Positions 1 through 8,581 of a stretch of DNA of 37,871 bases are shown here, piece by piece. Origin of the DNA: a virus (Duplodnaviria > Caudoviricetes); IMG/VR virus record IMGVR_UViG_3300044674_002189, positions 1 to 37,871 of that record. One strand, 5' to 3'. The notes beneath the pieces are model-generated. The model saw nothing but the letters and a program-made list of their open reading frames with translations. It did no database searches and had not been told where the DNA came from. Position 1 is the stretch's first letter, and each line of letters opens with the position of its first letter. Position numbers and translations under genes: made by a program.

Positions 1-149
1 CTACTGGCGTGCCGTTGTTGGGGTACAGCGAGTTGTTGGCGTTGCATCGGGAGATCGGCAAGCTGCTCGGGTTGGGTTCGCCTGCCCCGGCTTCTCCGTT
101 GACGGCGTCTCGGGCGTCTGCGTCTGCACATCGGGGTGTGCAGCGGTGA
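1..149 (+). CDS. partial hypothetical protein (5' end outside window)
   Basis: Frame from nt 3 is open to TGA at 147-149, which overlaps the next GTG (GTGA coupling). Confidence 0.5.
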   Translation, partial: TGVPLLGYSELLALHREIGKLLGLGSPAPASPLTASRASASAHRGVQR

Positions 150-343
150 GCGGCAAGGTGAACCCGTTCGATTCGGAGGGGTTGGTGTCTGAGGGGTACA
201 CGGGGTTGTCTGACCAGGTGTTGGATGACGGTCAGGTGGAGCGTGATTTGGCTGCGATCTATGAGGGTTGGGGGTTTGCGGTTGACCCGGAGGACGGCGA
301 GTCGGAGTTTCGGTATGACGATTATGATGGGGATGATCTGTGA
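146..343 (+). CDS. small acidic hypothetical protein
   Basis: 65 aa ORF with GTGA overlaps at both ends; G/T-rich codon usage like its neighbours. Confidence 0.7.
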   Translation: MSGKVNPFDSEGLVSEGYTGLSDQVLDDGQVERDLAAIYEGWGFAVDPEDGESEFRYDDYDGDDL

Positions 344-702
344 ACCCGGAGGACGTGGACGGCGACATGCCGGATTATCACGGCGAACTGTTTGATGCGT
401 TGGACGAGGAGGACCCGGTAGATTTGCGGGCGCTCGTTGATAACGCCATGCTGTACTTTGATGAGGGCAGCGTGTATGCGGTGTCTCGGTCGGGTGCGAT
501 CATGCGGGAGTCGTTGTTGAGCCGGTTGCCGTGGGTGGATTTGGAAGATCCTCAGATGCGGGATCTGATTACGGTGTTGTGCGACGAGTTGCTTCGGCCT
601 ACGATCGCAGGGTTGACGTCGTATGGTGTCGATGACGACACGACTCAGATGGCGGTGGCGGCGACGATGGCGTGCATGTTGCGGATGTTGGAGCCGGAGT
701 GA
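340..702 (+). CDS. hypothetical protein
   Basis: 120 aa ORF in the chain of coupled ORFs. Confidence 0.75.
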   Translation: MNPEDVDGDMPDYHGELFDALDEEDPVDLRALVDNAMLYFDEGSVYAVSRSGAIMRESLLSRLPWVDLEDPQMRDLITVLCDELLRPTIAGLTSYGVDDDTTQMAVAATMACMLRMLEPE

Positions 703-929
703 CGTCGGGGGATCGGGCGTGGGTCGGGTTGTTGTTGTATGTGGCCTGCTATGACTGGTGGGCCCATCGTACGGGGCGGGACACGTTGTCGCAGTCGTAC
801 GGGAGGGCGTTGGATTCGCCTCGGAGGCGTGCGCCTACGGTGGCGGTGTGGGCGTATTTGACTGCCCATTTGACGAGGAAGATTCCAGACAAGTTGGATC
901 CGTTGCGGCGGATCGGGGGAAGGGTTTGA
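699..929 (+). CDS. small actinophage-type membrane-associated protein
   Basis: GTG at 699 overlaps the upstream stop; AW-hydrophobic-YD...TLS...W.YL.AHL pattern recalled from actinophage small proteins. Confidence 0.65.
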   Translation: MTSGDRAWVGLLLYVACYDWWAHRTGRDTLSQSYGRALDSPRRRAPTVAVWAYLTAHLTRKIPDKLDPLRRIGGRV

Positions 930-1045
930 TGGTGAGGCCGAGAACTAGGCAGTGGGTTTGGAATGTGTGGCACGGGGTGTTGTTTGGTGTGGTGATTGCG
1001 GTGGTGGCGTTGTCGATTCAGCAGCTGTCTGAGGTGTACGGATGA
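929..1045 (+). CDS. 38-aa single-TM membrane peptide
   Basis: TGATG coupling; MVRPRTRQWVWNVWHGVLFGVVIAVVALSIQQLSEVYG has one hydrophobic helix. Confidence 0.6.
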   Translation: MVRPRTRQWVWNVWHGVLFGVVIAVVALSIQQLSEVYG

Positions 1046-1179
1046 CGGGGCCGTATGTGGGTCCCCGCCCGTTGCCGGAGCGGCGCTCGTGCCTGCCGGT
1101 GCGGGCGTGGTGCCGGTTGTTGGGTTGGGTGTGTGTTGTTGTTGGCGGTTCAACTATTTCCGAGGAGGAAACGAAGTGA
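1042..1179 (+). CDS. 45-aa hypothetical peptide
   Basis: ATGA overlap at the start and GTGA overlap at the end; fills the gap exactly (MTGPYVGPRPLPERRSCLPVRAWCRLLGWVCVVVGGSTISEEETK). Confidence 0.45.
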   Translation: MTGPYVGPRPLPERRSCLPVRAWCRLLGWVCVVVGGSTISEEETK

Positions 1180-1409
1180 AGAAAGCGATGATGGTGGTGG
1201 CGGTCGGGTTTGCTGCGGTGACGTTTGCCGGTTGCGAGGGTGAGGCGGCGGAGGACACGGTCACGGTGGATGTTGGCACGGCGGCGATTGAGGATAACGT
1301 TGACGCCGACGACGAGGAGGACCCTCTCCCGACGGTGCAGCAGTTGGTGCAGTATCCGCCTACGACGATCGTAGGAGAGGGGTCCTGTTCGCTGACGTCT
1401 GATGGGTGA
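1176..1409 (+). CDS. putative lipoprotein
   Basis: SD GAGGAGG, GTG start, KK then hydrophobic core then lipobox FAG-C, followed by an acidic mature region. Confidence 0.7.
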   Translation: MKKAMMVVAVGFAAVTFAGCEGEAAEDTVTVDVGTAAIEDNVDADDEEDPLPTVQQLVQYPPTTIVGEGSCSLTSDG

Positions 1410-1698
1410 CGAGGTAGCGGGCCGGGAGATCGAGGGGGCGTGTTCTCCGGTTTCTTGGTCCGCTAACCTGGCGGAGGTTGCTGCTGTCTTGGATGCCTTC
1501 TATGAGGAGGAGGACGAGGATGTGGTGGCGTTTGCCCGTAGCGTCTGCGCCGGGTGTTCTGCCCGGCGGCAGTGTTTGGACGTCGCGATGTCCACGAACG
1601 AGAAGTACGGCATGTGGGGTGGCCTGCTGCCGGCGGAGCGGCAACGGTTGCGCCGCACCGGAATAGAGCCGTATGATTTCCCCGAGGAGGAAACGTGA
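1402..1698 (+). CDS. whiB: WhiB family transcriptional regulator
   Basis: Four Cys (C...CAGC.ARRQC) and the YGMWGG...ER turn motif. Confidence 0.93.
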   Translation: MGDEVAGREIEGACSPVSWSANLAEVAAVLDAFYEEEDEDVVAFARSVCAGCSARRQCLDVAMSTNEKYGMWGGLLPAERQRLRRTGIEPYDFPEEET

Positions 1699-2195
1699 TG
1701 AGTAAGAAGATCAAGGGCCGTAAGGCCGTTATTGAGGCGGCGACGCAGGCGGTGATGTCTGACCGTAACGCAGATTATGCTCCGCCGGAGGAGAACTTCC
1801 GTCGAATTGCGGACCTGTGGAGCACGTATTTGGAGGGCCGGTCGGAGGTTACGCCGTACGATACGGCGATCATGATGGTGTTGGTGAAGGTGGCCCGCAT
1901 TCAGGCGTCTCCGCATCTTGTCGATCATCTGGTGGACATCTGTGGGTACGCCGCATGTGCGGGGGACGTAATGCCGTCCGCCCCCGAGACCGAGCAGCCG
2001 GAGCCTGAGCCGGTGCCGGAGATGTCGGAGTCGGAACGTGTCGATGCTGAGGGGGTGCCTGCCACGTATGAGGGGGCGCCGGGCCTGTATGTGAGCGACG
2101 GTGCGGGCGGCGTGTTTTACGGGGGCGGTGGCCGCAAGGTTGCGGTGACCTCGTATGGCGCGGCGGTGAAGGCTGGCGTGCTGGTGCTGTCGTGA
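1695..2195 (+). CDS. DUF6378-like protein (all-alpha nucleotide pyrophosphohydrolase-like), with C-terminal extension
   Basis: DR..DY..PEENF.RIA.LWS.YL...MM.L.K.AR...DH.VDI.GYAA pattern. Confidence 0.8.
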   Translation: MMSKKIKGRKAVIEAATQAVMSDRNADYAPPEENFRRIADLWSTYLEGRSEVTPYDTAIMMVLVKVARIQASPHLVDHLVDICGYAACAGDVMPSAPETEQPEPEPVPEMSESERVDAEGVPATYEGAPGLYVSDGAGGVFYGGGGRKVAVTSYGAAVKAGVLVLS

Positions 2196-3985
2196 AGCAC
2201 GACCTGCCCGATTGGAAACTTACTCTCGTGGAGTCGTCGGCGGATGTGGATGCGTTCCTCGGGTGGGTGGAGGGCGCCGTCGGGATGGTGTCTATTGACA
2301 CGGAGACGCACGGGTTGGATTGGACGGAGCGGGATTTCACTCGGCTGGTGACGTTTGCTGATGACCATCAGGGGTGGGCGGTGCCTGTCCGCTGGTGGGG
2401 CAGGCCGCTCGCTGCTGCGCTTGCACGGCTGCGAGATAAGGGCAACCCGGTTGCGTTTTGGAATGTCCGGTTCGATATGCATGCGTTGGAGGGCGACGGG
2501 TTCCCGGTGCCGCATTGGGCGAACGTGCATGACGGGATGGTGTTGCATCATTTGTTGGCGCCGCATGTCGGGCATTCGTTGAAGGGCGTGTCGGCTGAGG
2601 TGTTGGGCCGGTGGGCGACGACGGGGCAGAACTTGTTGAAGGCTCGGATGGCGGAGCGTGGCTGGGATTGGTCTACGGTGCCGGTCGATGAGCCTGCGTA
2701 CTGGCAGTACGGGGTGTTGGATACGTTGTTGACGCAGCGGCTGGTGCGGGAATTGACCCCGGAGGTTGAGGCCGCCGGCATGTTGAAGGCGTACGAGCGG
2801 GAGATGCACACCGCAGCGATCATGTATCGGGCCGAGGTGCGAGGCATGCGGATAGATCACCGGTATGCGGAGCAGACTAGGCGGGCGTGGCTGGCTCGGT
2901 CGATCGAGTTGCGAGATCATCTCGCTGCCCGTGGGGTTACGAACCCGAACTCGAATCAGCAGCTGGAGCGGGTGTTTCGTGACCTCGGGTGGGAGCCGGA
3001 CGATTTTACGGAGACAGGGCAGGCAGCCCTTGACAAGATCGTGCTCGGCCAGTTGGCTAAACGGCACCCGGACATCGCCCCGCAGATCATTGAATACAAG
3101 CGGTTGACGAAGTGGATCGGGGCGTATCTGGAGCCGTTTGCTGCGTCGAAGGGGCGGGTGCATCCGTCGATCAACACGTTGCGGGCGAAGACGGGGCGCA
3201 TGTCTATCACGAACCCGGCGTTGCAGACGTTGCCGTCGAAGGGTAGCGGCGGGGAGATTCGTAGGTGTGTGTTGCCGGAGCCGGGGTGCGAGTTGTGGGC
3301 GATCGACTATGATTCCCAAGAGGCCAGGGTGGTGGCTTGTTTGGCGGGAGATGAGGGGCTGCTCGATGCCTTTCGGGCGGGGGAAGACATGTATACCCAC
3401 ATTGCCCGGATGGCATGGAACGATCCGACCATCGGCAAGGGTGACGCCAGGCGGTCTACGGCTAAGGTAATCATGCTTGCCCTCCTATACGGGGCGGGGC
3501 CTTCGACGTTGGCGGCATCTTCGGGGCTGTCCGTCCTAGAAGTCCAGCGCTTTCTTGCCAGTGTTTATGCGAAGTTCCCGGGCATACGAGAAGCCACCGG
3601 CGACTTCGCTATCGGCGGCACGTACCCGGGGAAGCCAGCCCTGATGGCCGAGAAGCGGGCATCTACCGAGGGCCTGGCGTACGTCATGACTCGGGGGGGT
3701 CGCCGCTTCTCGATGCCCGACGGTGAATATTACAAGGCAGTGAACGGCCTGGCTCAGGGGTCGTCGGCGGACATGCTGAAAGATGCTATAATTAGACTAG
3801 ACCGGGCCGGGTTGTCAGATACCCTGATCGTTGTGGTTCACGATGAGTTGGTCTTGAACATTCCTACAGGAGAATCGAACATGGCATACGAAATCAGAGC
3901 CCTCATGGAGGATGACTCGTGGGAGATTCCCATGACCGCCGACGTTGAGGGGCCGTTCGCTCATTGGGGAGAGGCTTATGCCTAA
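2192..3985 (+). CDS. polA: DNA polymerase family A with 3'-5' exonuclease domain
   Basis: ExoI IDTET, ExoII NVRFD, ExoIII YGVLD; TGRMS..NPALQ; motif A DYDSQEAR, motif B RSTAKVIMLALLYG, motif C VHDEL. Confidence 0.97.
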   Translation: MKHDLPDWKLTLVESSADVDAFLGWVEGAVGMVSIDTETHGLDWTERDFTRLVTFADDHQGWAVPVRWWGRPLAAALARLRDKGNPVAFWNVRFDMHALEGDGFPVPHWANVHDGMVLHHLLAPHVGHSLKGVSAEVLGRWATTGQNLLKARMAERGWDWSTVPVDEPAYWQYGVLDTLLTQRLVRELTPEVEAAGMLKAYEREMHTAAIMYRAEVRGMRIDHRYAEQTRRAWLARSIELRDHLAARGVTNPNSNQQLERVFRDLGWEPDDFTETGQAALDKIVLGQLAKRHPDIAPQIIEYKRLTKWIGAYLEPFAASKGRVHPSINTLRAKTGRMSITNPALQTLPSKGSGGEIRRCVLPEPGCELWAIDYDSQEARVVACLAGDEGLLDAFRAGEDMYTHIARMAWNDPTIGKGDARRSTAKVIMLALLYGAGPSTLAASSGLSVLEVQRFLASVYAKFPGIREATGDFAIGGTYPGKPALMAEKRASTEGLAYVMTRGGRRFSMPDGEYYKAVNGLAQGSSADMLKDAIIRLDRAGLSDTLIVVVHDELVLNIPTGESNMAYEIRALMEDDSWEIPMTADVEGPFAHWGEAYA

Positions 3986-4463
3986 TACCAGAAAGTTTAC
4001 CCCGGAACAAGATGCCGGCCTTCGGGCCGAGTATGAGGCGGGGGCTTCGCTCGCCCGCCTGGGGAGGGAGCGTTCGGTTTCAGCTACAGCTATAAAGAAC
4101 GCTATTCTCCGGGCGGGCGGGTCTATCCGTCCTGAAGGTTCCGGCCCGAGGAGTTACGCATGGAAGGGGGGCACCCACTACACCAGTTCCGGCTACGTCA
4201 TGGAACACTGCTTGGAGGGGCCTCATGCCGCTATGGCTACGAAGGGCGGGTATGCCCCGCAGCATCGCCTACGCATGGCCGAGAAACTCGGAAGGGACCT
4301 GCGCCCCCAAGAGAACGTCCATCACATCAACGGGGTGCGGGACGATAACCGCATCGAGAACCTAGAGTTGTGGTCCCGGGACCAGCCAGCGGGCCAGCGG
4401 GTAGCTGACAAGGTGGCGTGGGCCAGAGAGATCATTGAACTATACGGGGAAGCCTATGAGTGA
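3978..4463 (+). CDS. free-standing HNH endonuclease with N-terminal HTH
   Basis: ATG 3978 after GGAGAGG; HRL.M...LGR.L...ENVHHINGVRDDNRIENLELW. Confidence 0.92.
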   Translation: MPNTRKFTPEQDAGLRAEYEAGASLARLGRERSVSATAIKNAILRAGGSIRPEGSGPRSYAWKGGTHYTSSGYVMEHCLEGPHAAMATKGGYAPQHRLRMAEKLGRDLRPQENVHHINGVRDDNRIENLELWSRDQPAGQRVADKVAWAREIIELYGEAYE

Positions 4464-4701
4464 GTACGATGAGGAAGTTGCCCGTCACGTTGCCGCCATT
4501 GGTGATGCGTTGCCGGACGTCACGTTGTTGGAGCGGTGGAAGGCGATCAATTCGCTGCTAGATTACCGGCTGGCGAACCGGTCGGATCTGGTGGCTACGA
4601 TGCTGGTGGATCTGATTCTGGAACGCATAGCGGACACGGTGCGTAGCTTGATCCCTCGGGAAGAACTTGAGAAGTTGTTGTCTACTGTGGAGTTGCGATG
4701 A
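4456..4701 (+). CDS. hypothetical helical protein
   Basis: ATG 4456 overlaps the HNH end; its stop is ATGA-coupled to the helicase start. Confidence 0.7.
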   Translation: MSEYDEEVARHVAAIGDALPDVTLLERWKAINSLLDYRLANRSDLVATMLVDLILERIADTVRSLIPREELEKLLSTVELR

Positions 4702-6800
4702 TCGAGGTTCATGCAGACCCGCACTCGATGCGGTTAGAGGTTCGGGCGCCGTCTCGGTTGGCTGACATCATCGGCCGGATTTCCGGGTTGAAGGTTGACG
4801 CTCAGGCCGGGTGTTGGGCTGGCCCTATCACCCCGCAGGTGATGTTGGCGGTCGCTAATGATCTCGGCAAGTTGTCCGGGTTCACTCCAACGCCGGAAGC
4901 TAACTCGTTGATGTCTGCGATTCAGGCTACCCGTAGTCAGATGATTGCGATCAAGGGCGGGTCGATACCTGCTGCACTTACGGAGAGGATAGATAAGTAT
5001 GAGCAAGAAATACAGCCGAACATGCGAGCGATGCGCCGCCCCGTTTCAGGGGTGGAGCAGGGAGCAGAGGTTCTGCTCTCGGACCTGCCATCTGCGGACA
5101 CGGAACACGCCGGAGAGGAACGCTCGGATTGCTCGGGAGACAGCGGAGAAGCGGGGGGACGCCTTGCGGGATCGTGGGGAGGGCAAGACGTACCGGAAGC
5201 GGAACGGGGTACACGAACATCGGCTAGTGGCGGAGCAGATGTTGGGCCGTCCGCTGGAGCCGGGGGAGATAGTGCACCACATCGACCACGACAAGCGGAA
5301 CAACGACCCGGCAAACCTACAGGTGATGACGCAAGCGGAGCACATGAGGCTGCACCTGCACTGAGGTTGTTTGAGTACCAGCGGCGAGGGATCGCAGTGA
5401 TGATCTCCCGACGAGGGTGCCTCCTCGGGGATGAGATGGGTCTAGGAAAGAGCGTTCAAGGGCTGGCTGCTGCTCGCATCGTGGGCGCCACCGCTACGCT
5501 GATCGTGTGCCCTAACTCTATGAAGTACCGGTGGGTGGATGAGGCGAAGCTGTGGTACCCCGACGCTGTCGGCATCGTGGTGAACGGCACCGCCAAACAG
5601 AAACAGGAAGCGCTGGATCAGGCCGCAGAACACATCGCCGCCGGCACCCCCGTGGTGGTGGCAGTGAACTGGGAGTCGTTGCGTACTCTGTCTCGGGTCG
5701 CAGGGTACGGGTCGCAGAAGCTGTCCGACAAGGAGAAGACGCCGGGTCCGTTGAATGCTATTGACTGGGATGTGGTGATAGCGGACGAGGCGCACCGTGC
5801 GAAGGACGCTAGCTCGAAACAGACTCGGGCTCTGTGGGCGGTGGCTCAGAATGCACGGTGGCGGTGGGCGTTGACGGGTACGCCGGTGTTGAATACGCCG
5901 GGGGATTTGTGGGCGATCGGTAGGTTCTATGACCCGGCGACGTACGGGGATTCCCGGCACAAGTGGCACAATTCTTATGTGGCGTACATCGAAACGAACT
6001 GGGGGCCGAAGGACATCGGGTTGCGGCAGGACCGCAAGGACTTGTTTGAGGCGTGGTTTGATATGAACTTTGTGCGCCGCACGAAGGACGAGGTGTTGGA
6101 TCTGCCGCCGGTCACCTATCAGACTCGGACGGTGGAGTTGCATCAGAAGCAGCGGACGGCGTACAACCGGATGGTGAAGGACTTGATCGTTGCGATTGAC
6201 GACGGCATTCTGGTGGCGACTGACCCGCTGGCGTTGCTGATTCGGTTGTCGCAGATCGCGTCGGCTACTCCGGTCGTGAACGACGACGGCGATGTGGTTG
6301 CGTTGGACACGCCGTCGAACAAGATCACGGCGCTGTTTGAGGTGTTGGACGAGTTGGGTGAGGACCGGCCGGTGGCCGTGTTTGCTCAGTCTCGTAAGCT
6401 GGTGGAGTTGGCGTGTTCGGAACTGGACCGCAAAGGAATTTCGACTGCGATGATTACCGGGGCGGTTGACCCGGCGCTGAGAGAAGCTAACGTGCAGCGG
6501 TTTCAAAGAGGGGATGCGCGTGTGGCTTTGGTGACTCTCGGTGCCGGGTCGGAGGGTATCAACTTGTTTGCGGCTGACACGGCCGTGTTCTTGCAGCGCA
6601 GCTACAGCTTTGGGCAGTCGTTGCAGGCGGAGGCTCGCATTCATCGCATCGGTCAGGAGTCCGATCATGTCACGATCATTGATCTTGTGTCGGAGGATAC
6701 GGTTGACGAGGCAGTGATTGAGGCTTTACGATCCAAAGGGGAGATGTCTGAGCAGGTCTTGCGTGACCAGGCTCGGGCGTTGCTGGAGCAAAGGGTTTGA
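4698..6800 (+). CDS. SNF2-family (SF2) helicase with a ~125-codon insert from a nested HNH gene
   Basis: Q motif LFEYQ, Walker A DEMGLGKS, DEAH, LTGTP, GSEGINL, QAEARIHRIGQ. Confidence 0.93.
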   Translation: MIEVHADPHSMRLEVRAPSRLADIIGRISGLKVDAQAGCWAGPITPQVMLAVANDLGKLSGFTPTPEANSLMSAIQATRSQMIAIKGGSIPAALTERIDKYEQEIQPNMRAMRRPVSGVEQGAEVLLSDLPSADTEHAGEERSDCSGDSGEAGGRLAGSWGGQDVPEAERGTRTSASGGADVGPSAGAGGDSAPHRPRQAEQRPGKPTGDDASGAHEAAPALRLFEYQRRGIAVMISRRGCLLGDEMGLGKSVQGLAAARIVGATATLIVCPNSMKYRWVDEAKLWYPDAVGIVVNGTAKQKQEALDQAAEHIAAGTPVVVAVNWESLRTLSRVAGYGSQKLSDKEKTPGPLNAIDWDVVIADEAHRAKDASSKQTRALWAVAQNARWRWALTGTPVLNTPGDLWAIGRFYDPATYGDSRHKWHNSYVAYIETNWGPKDIGLRQDRKDLFEAWFDMNFVRRTKDEVLDLPPVTYQTRTVELHQKQRTAYNRMVKDLIVAIDDGILVATDPLALLIRLSQIASATPVVNDDGDVVALDTPSNKITALFEVLDELGEDRPVAVFAQSRKLVELACSELDRKGISTAMITGAVDPALREANVQRFQRGDARVALVTLGAGSEGINLFAADTAVFLQRSYSFGQSLQAEARIHRIGQESDHVTIIDLVSEDTVDEAVIEALRSKGEMSEQVLRDQARALLEQRV
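4999..5364 (+). CDS. HNH homing endonuclease nested in the +1 frame of the helicase
   Basis: Own SD (GGAGAGG) and ATG; CxxC...FCSRTC zinc motif; EHRLVAEQMLGRPL...EIVHHIDHDKRNNDPANL. Confidence 0.92.
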   Translation: MSKKYSRTCERCAAPFQGWSREQRFCSRTCHLRTRNTPERNARIARETAEKRGDALRDRGEGKTYRKRNGVHEHRLVAEQMLGRPLEPGEIVHHIDHDKRNNDPANLQVMTQAEHMRLHLH

Positions 6801-6961
6801 TTGTGGGAAAACGTTGCGAAGATTACACGCTTGAGGACCGGCACAACGATTACATCCGGCATCGCCGGGAAGGTACCCCGCCGTGCGTGGCTGCCCGGGC
6901 GGCGTGGGCTAGACGGCAGCGGGCAGTTCGTGTCCGCCTACGAGGAGGAAACAATGACTAA
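6797..6961 (+). CDS. small basic Cys/His protein
   Basis: TTGA-coupled start; DYIRHRREGTPPCVAARAAW resembles the Y.RH.R.G..PC..C..AW small actinophage proteins; stop overlaps the next gene's 5' end. Confidence 0.55.
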   Translation: MIVGKRCEDYTLEDRHNDYIRHRREGTPPCVAARAAWARRQRAVRVRLRGGNND

Positions 6962-7850
6962 CGACCCGAACCTGCGTGTGCAGGTTGACTACGAATCGAA
7001 GACGATGGATGTGCGCCAGTCGGCTATTCAATCCTACTTGGATTGTCCTCGCCGGTTCTTCTGGGAGTATGTGGAGGGGTTGGAGCCGGACTACCCGGCC
7101 GGCACTCGCCCGTGGGCTACGGTGGATACGGGCACGGCGGTGCATGAGGCGCTCGGTGCCTGGTATGACGGCACCGGGCGGGACCCGCTCGTGGCGTGGC
7201 GTGCGTGGGCGGAGGAAACGTTTGATGGTGTGATCCCTGAGAGCTGCGACGCAGACTTGATTGACACGATGGTTGAGGGTCACTTGGATGATCTGGCGCA
7301 GGACGGTGCGGATCTTGGTGAGACTACCGTCGGGGTTGAGGTGCCTGTGGTCGGCTCTGTGACTGGGCTGGTTGACGGGTGGACGGTGAACGTTCACGGC
7401 CGGGTGGATCGGTTGATCGAAACGGATGACGGTTTGCGGATCATTGACGATTGGAAGACGGTGGGTCCGTTGGCTGGTGCGTTGACTCACATTCAGCAGC
7501 TGGGCCGGTATGCGGTCATGGTGCGTGCGTCTACCGGGTGGCGTGCTGATCGGGTGCGGGTGACGGAGATTCGTAAGGTGAAGCGTACGAAGGGCGGCCC
7601 GTTCTATGCTCGTAGCTGGTTGCCGTTGAACGAGGATGCGTACGCTTCTCACGCTACCGCAATGCGTGACACGTTGAACGCTATGGTTCGGGACGTCGGG
7701 TCGGGCGTGTATTTGTACAACGTGACGACCGAGTGCGGATGGAAGTGTCGGGCGCAAGACATTTGTCTCGCTCAACAACACGGGGACGACGTTGAGATGA
7801 TCGTCGATCTTCATTACCGGCCGAAGGGCCAGGAAGGAACACAATGGTAA
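6954..7850 (+). CDS. PD-(D/E)XK / Cas4-like (RecB-type) exonuclease
   Basis: SD GAGGAGG and ATG 6954; S.I..Y..CPRRF, GTAVH, GRVDRL, IDDWKT, QL..Y, C-terminal CGWKC...IC. Confidence 0.9.
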   Translation: MTNDPNLRVQVDYESKTMDVRQSAIQSYLDCPRRFFWEYVEGLEPDYPAGTRPWATVDTGTAVHEALGAWYDGTGRDPLVAWRAWAEETFDGVIPESCDADLIDTMVEGHLDDLAQDGADLGETTVGVEVPVVGSVTGLVDGWTVNVHGRVDRLIETDDGLRIIDDWKTVGPLAGALTHIQQLGRYAVMVRASTGWRADRVRVTEIRKVKRTKGGPFYARSWLPLNEDAYASHATAMRDTLNAMVRDVGSGVYLYNVTTECGWKCRAQDICLAQQHGDDVEMIVDLHYRPKGQEGTQW

Positions 7851-8581
7851 ACAAGCGATGGAGGCTCCTGCTGTTCGGGGAGCCAAAGACCGGGAAGACC
7901 TCACTGGCCGAGACGGCCCCGGGGCCGCGGCTCATCCTTGACGCTGAGGGAGGGACCGACTGGTTGTCCTCCGAGACGGTACAGTGGGACCCGACGCAGG
8001 GTGCCCCGCCGGCCGTTGAGGGTGACATCAGCGTTGTGGTTCATGTCCTCAACTGGGAGATGATTGAGCGTGTGACCCGCTGGTTGCAGAAGGGCGATCA
8101 TCCGTTTCGTTCCGTGATTCTGGACTCGCTCACCGAGTTGCAGAAGCAGGCGAAGCGGTCGATCTCTGACACCGGATTTCAGCTGAAAGATTGGGGCCAA
8201 CTCTATGATAAGATGGATGCTCCGCTGCGGGATATCAGGGATCTGACGAAGCTGCCGGGTTCCCCCGTGGACGTCGTAATCATTACGGCGCTCGCTAATC
8301 ACCGAGAGGATCGGGTAGTGCCAGACATTCAGGGCAGCATGGCCCGCTCGCTCGCAGGTCAGATGGATACCATCGCATACCTGCGTCCGGGCACCATGCG
8401 GTCGGACGGCACCGTCGGTCGGGAACTGATCGTGGACGCCCGCCAGGGTATCACGGCCGGCGACCGCACTAAGATCCTTCGGCGCCAGTTCCACGGGGTT
8501 GTGCCCGTTGACCTCGATGAGGAGACGGACACGATGACGTGGAACATTAATCAGATGCTGGAGTTGATGAACCGTGACTGA
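7844..8581 (+). CDS. Sak4-like AAA_24 ATPase / single-strand annealing protein
   Basis: Walker A GEPKTGKT, ILDAEGG, VILDSLTEL, DWG; sits between the nuclease and the SSB-like gene. Confidence 0.88.
   Translation: MVNKRWRLLLFGEPKTGKTSLAETAPGPRLILDAEGGTDWLSSETVQWDPTQGAPPAVEGDISVVVHVLNWEMIERVTRWLQKGDHPFRSVILDSLTELQKQAKRSISDTGFQLKDWGQLYDKMDAPLRDIRDLTKLPGSPVDVVIITALANHREDRVVPDIQGSMARSLAGQMDTIAYLRPGTMRSDGTVGRELIVDARQGITAGDRTKILRRQFHGVVPVDLDEETDTMTWNINQMLELMNRD

Noticed and set aside
4990-5366. Group I intron or intein explaining the helicase insert
   Set aside because: The insert is entirely occupied by the HNH ORF, leaving no room for a ribozyme core, and the helicase-frame translation has no intein N-terminal block or His-Asn/Cys-Ser-Thr junction.
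6801-6953. N-terminal extension of the Cas4-like nuclease in the ORF track
   Set aside because: A strong SD precedes ATG 6954, and the region is better explained by a small ORF in another frame (6797-6961).
6954-7850. CRISPR-Cas system (Cas4-like gene)
   Set aside because: No array or other cas genes; the context is the usual exonuclease-Sak4-SSB recombination module.
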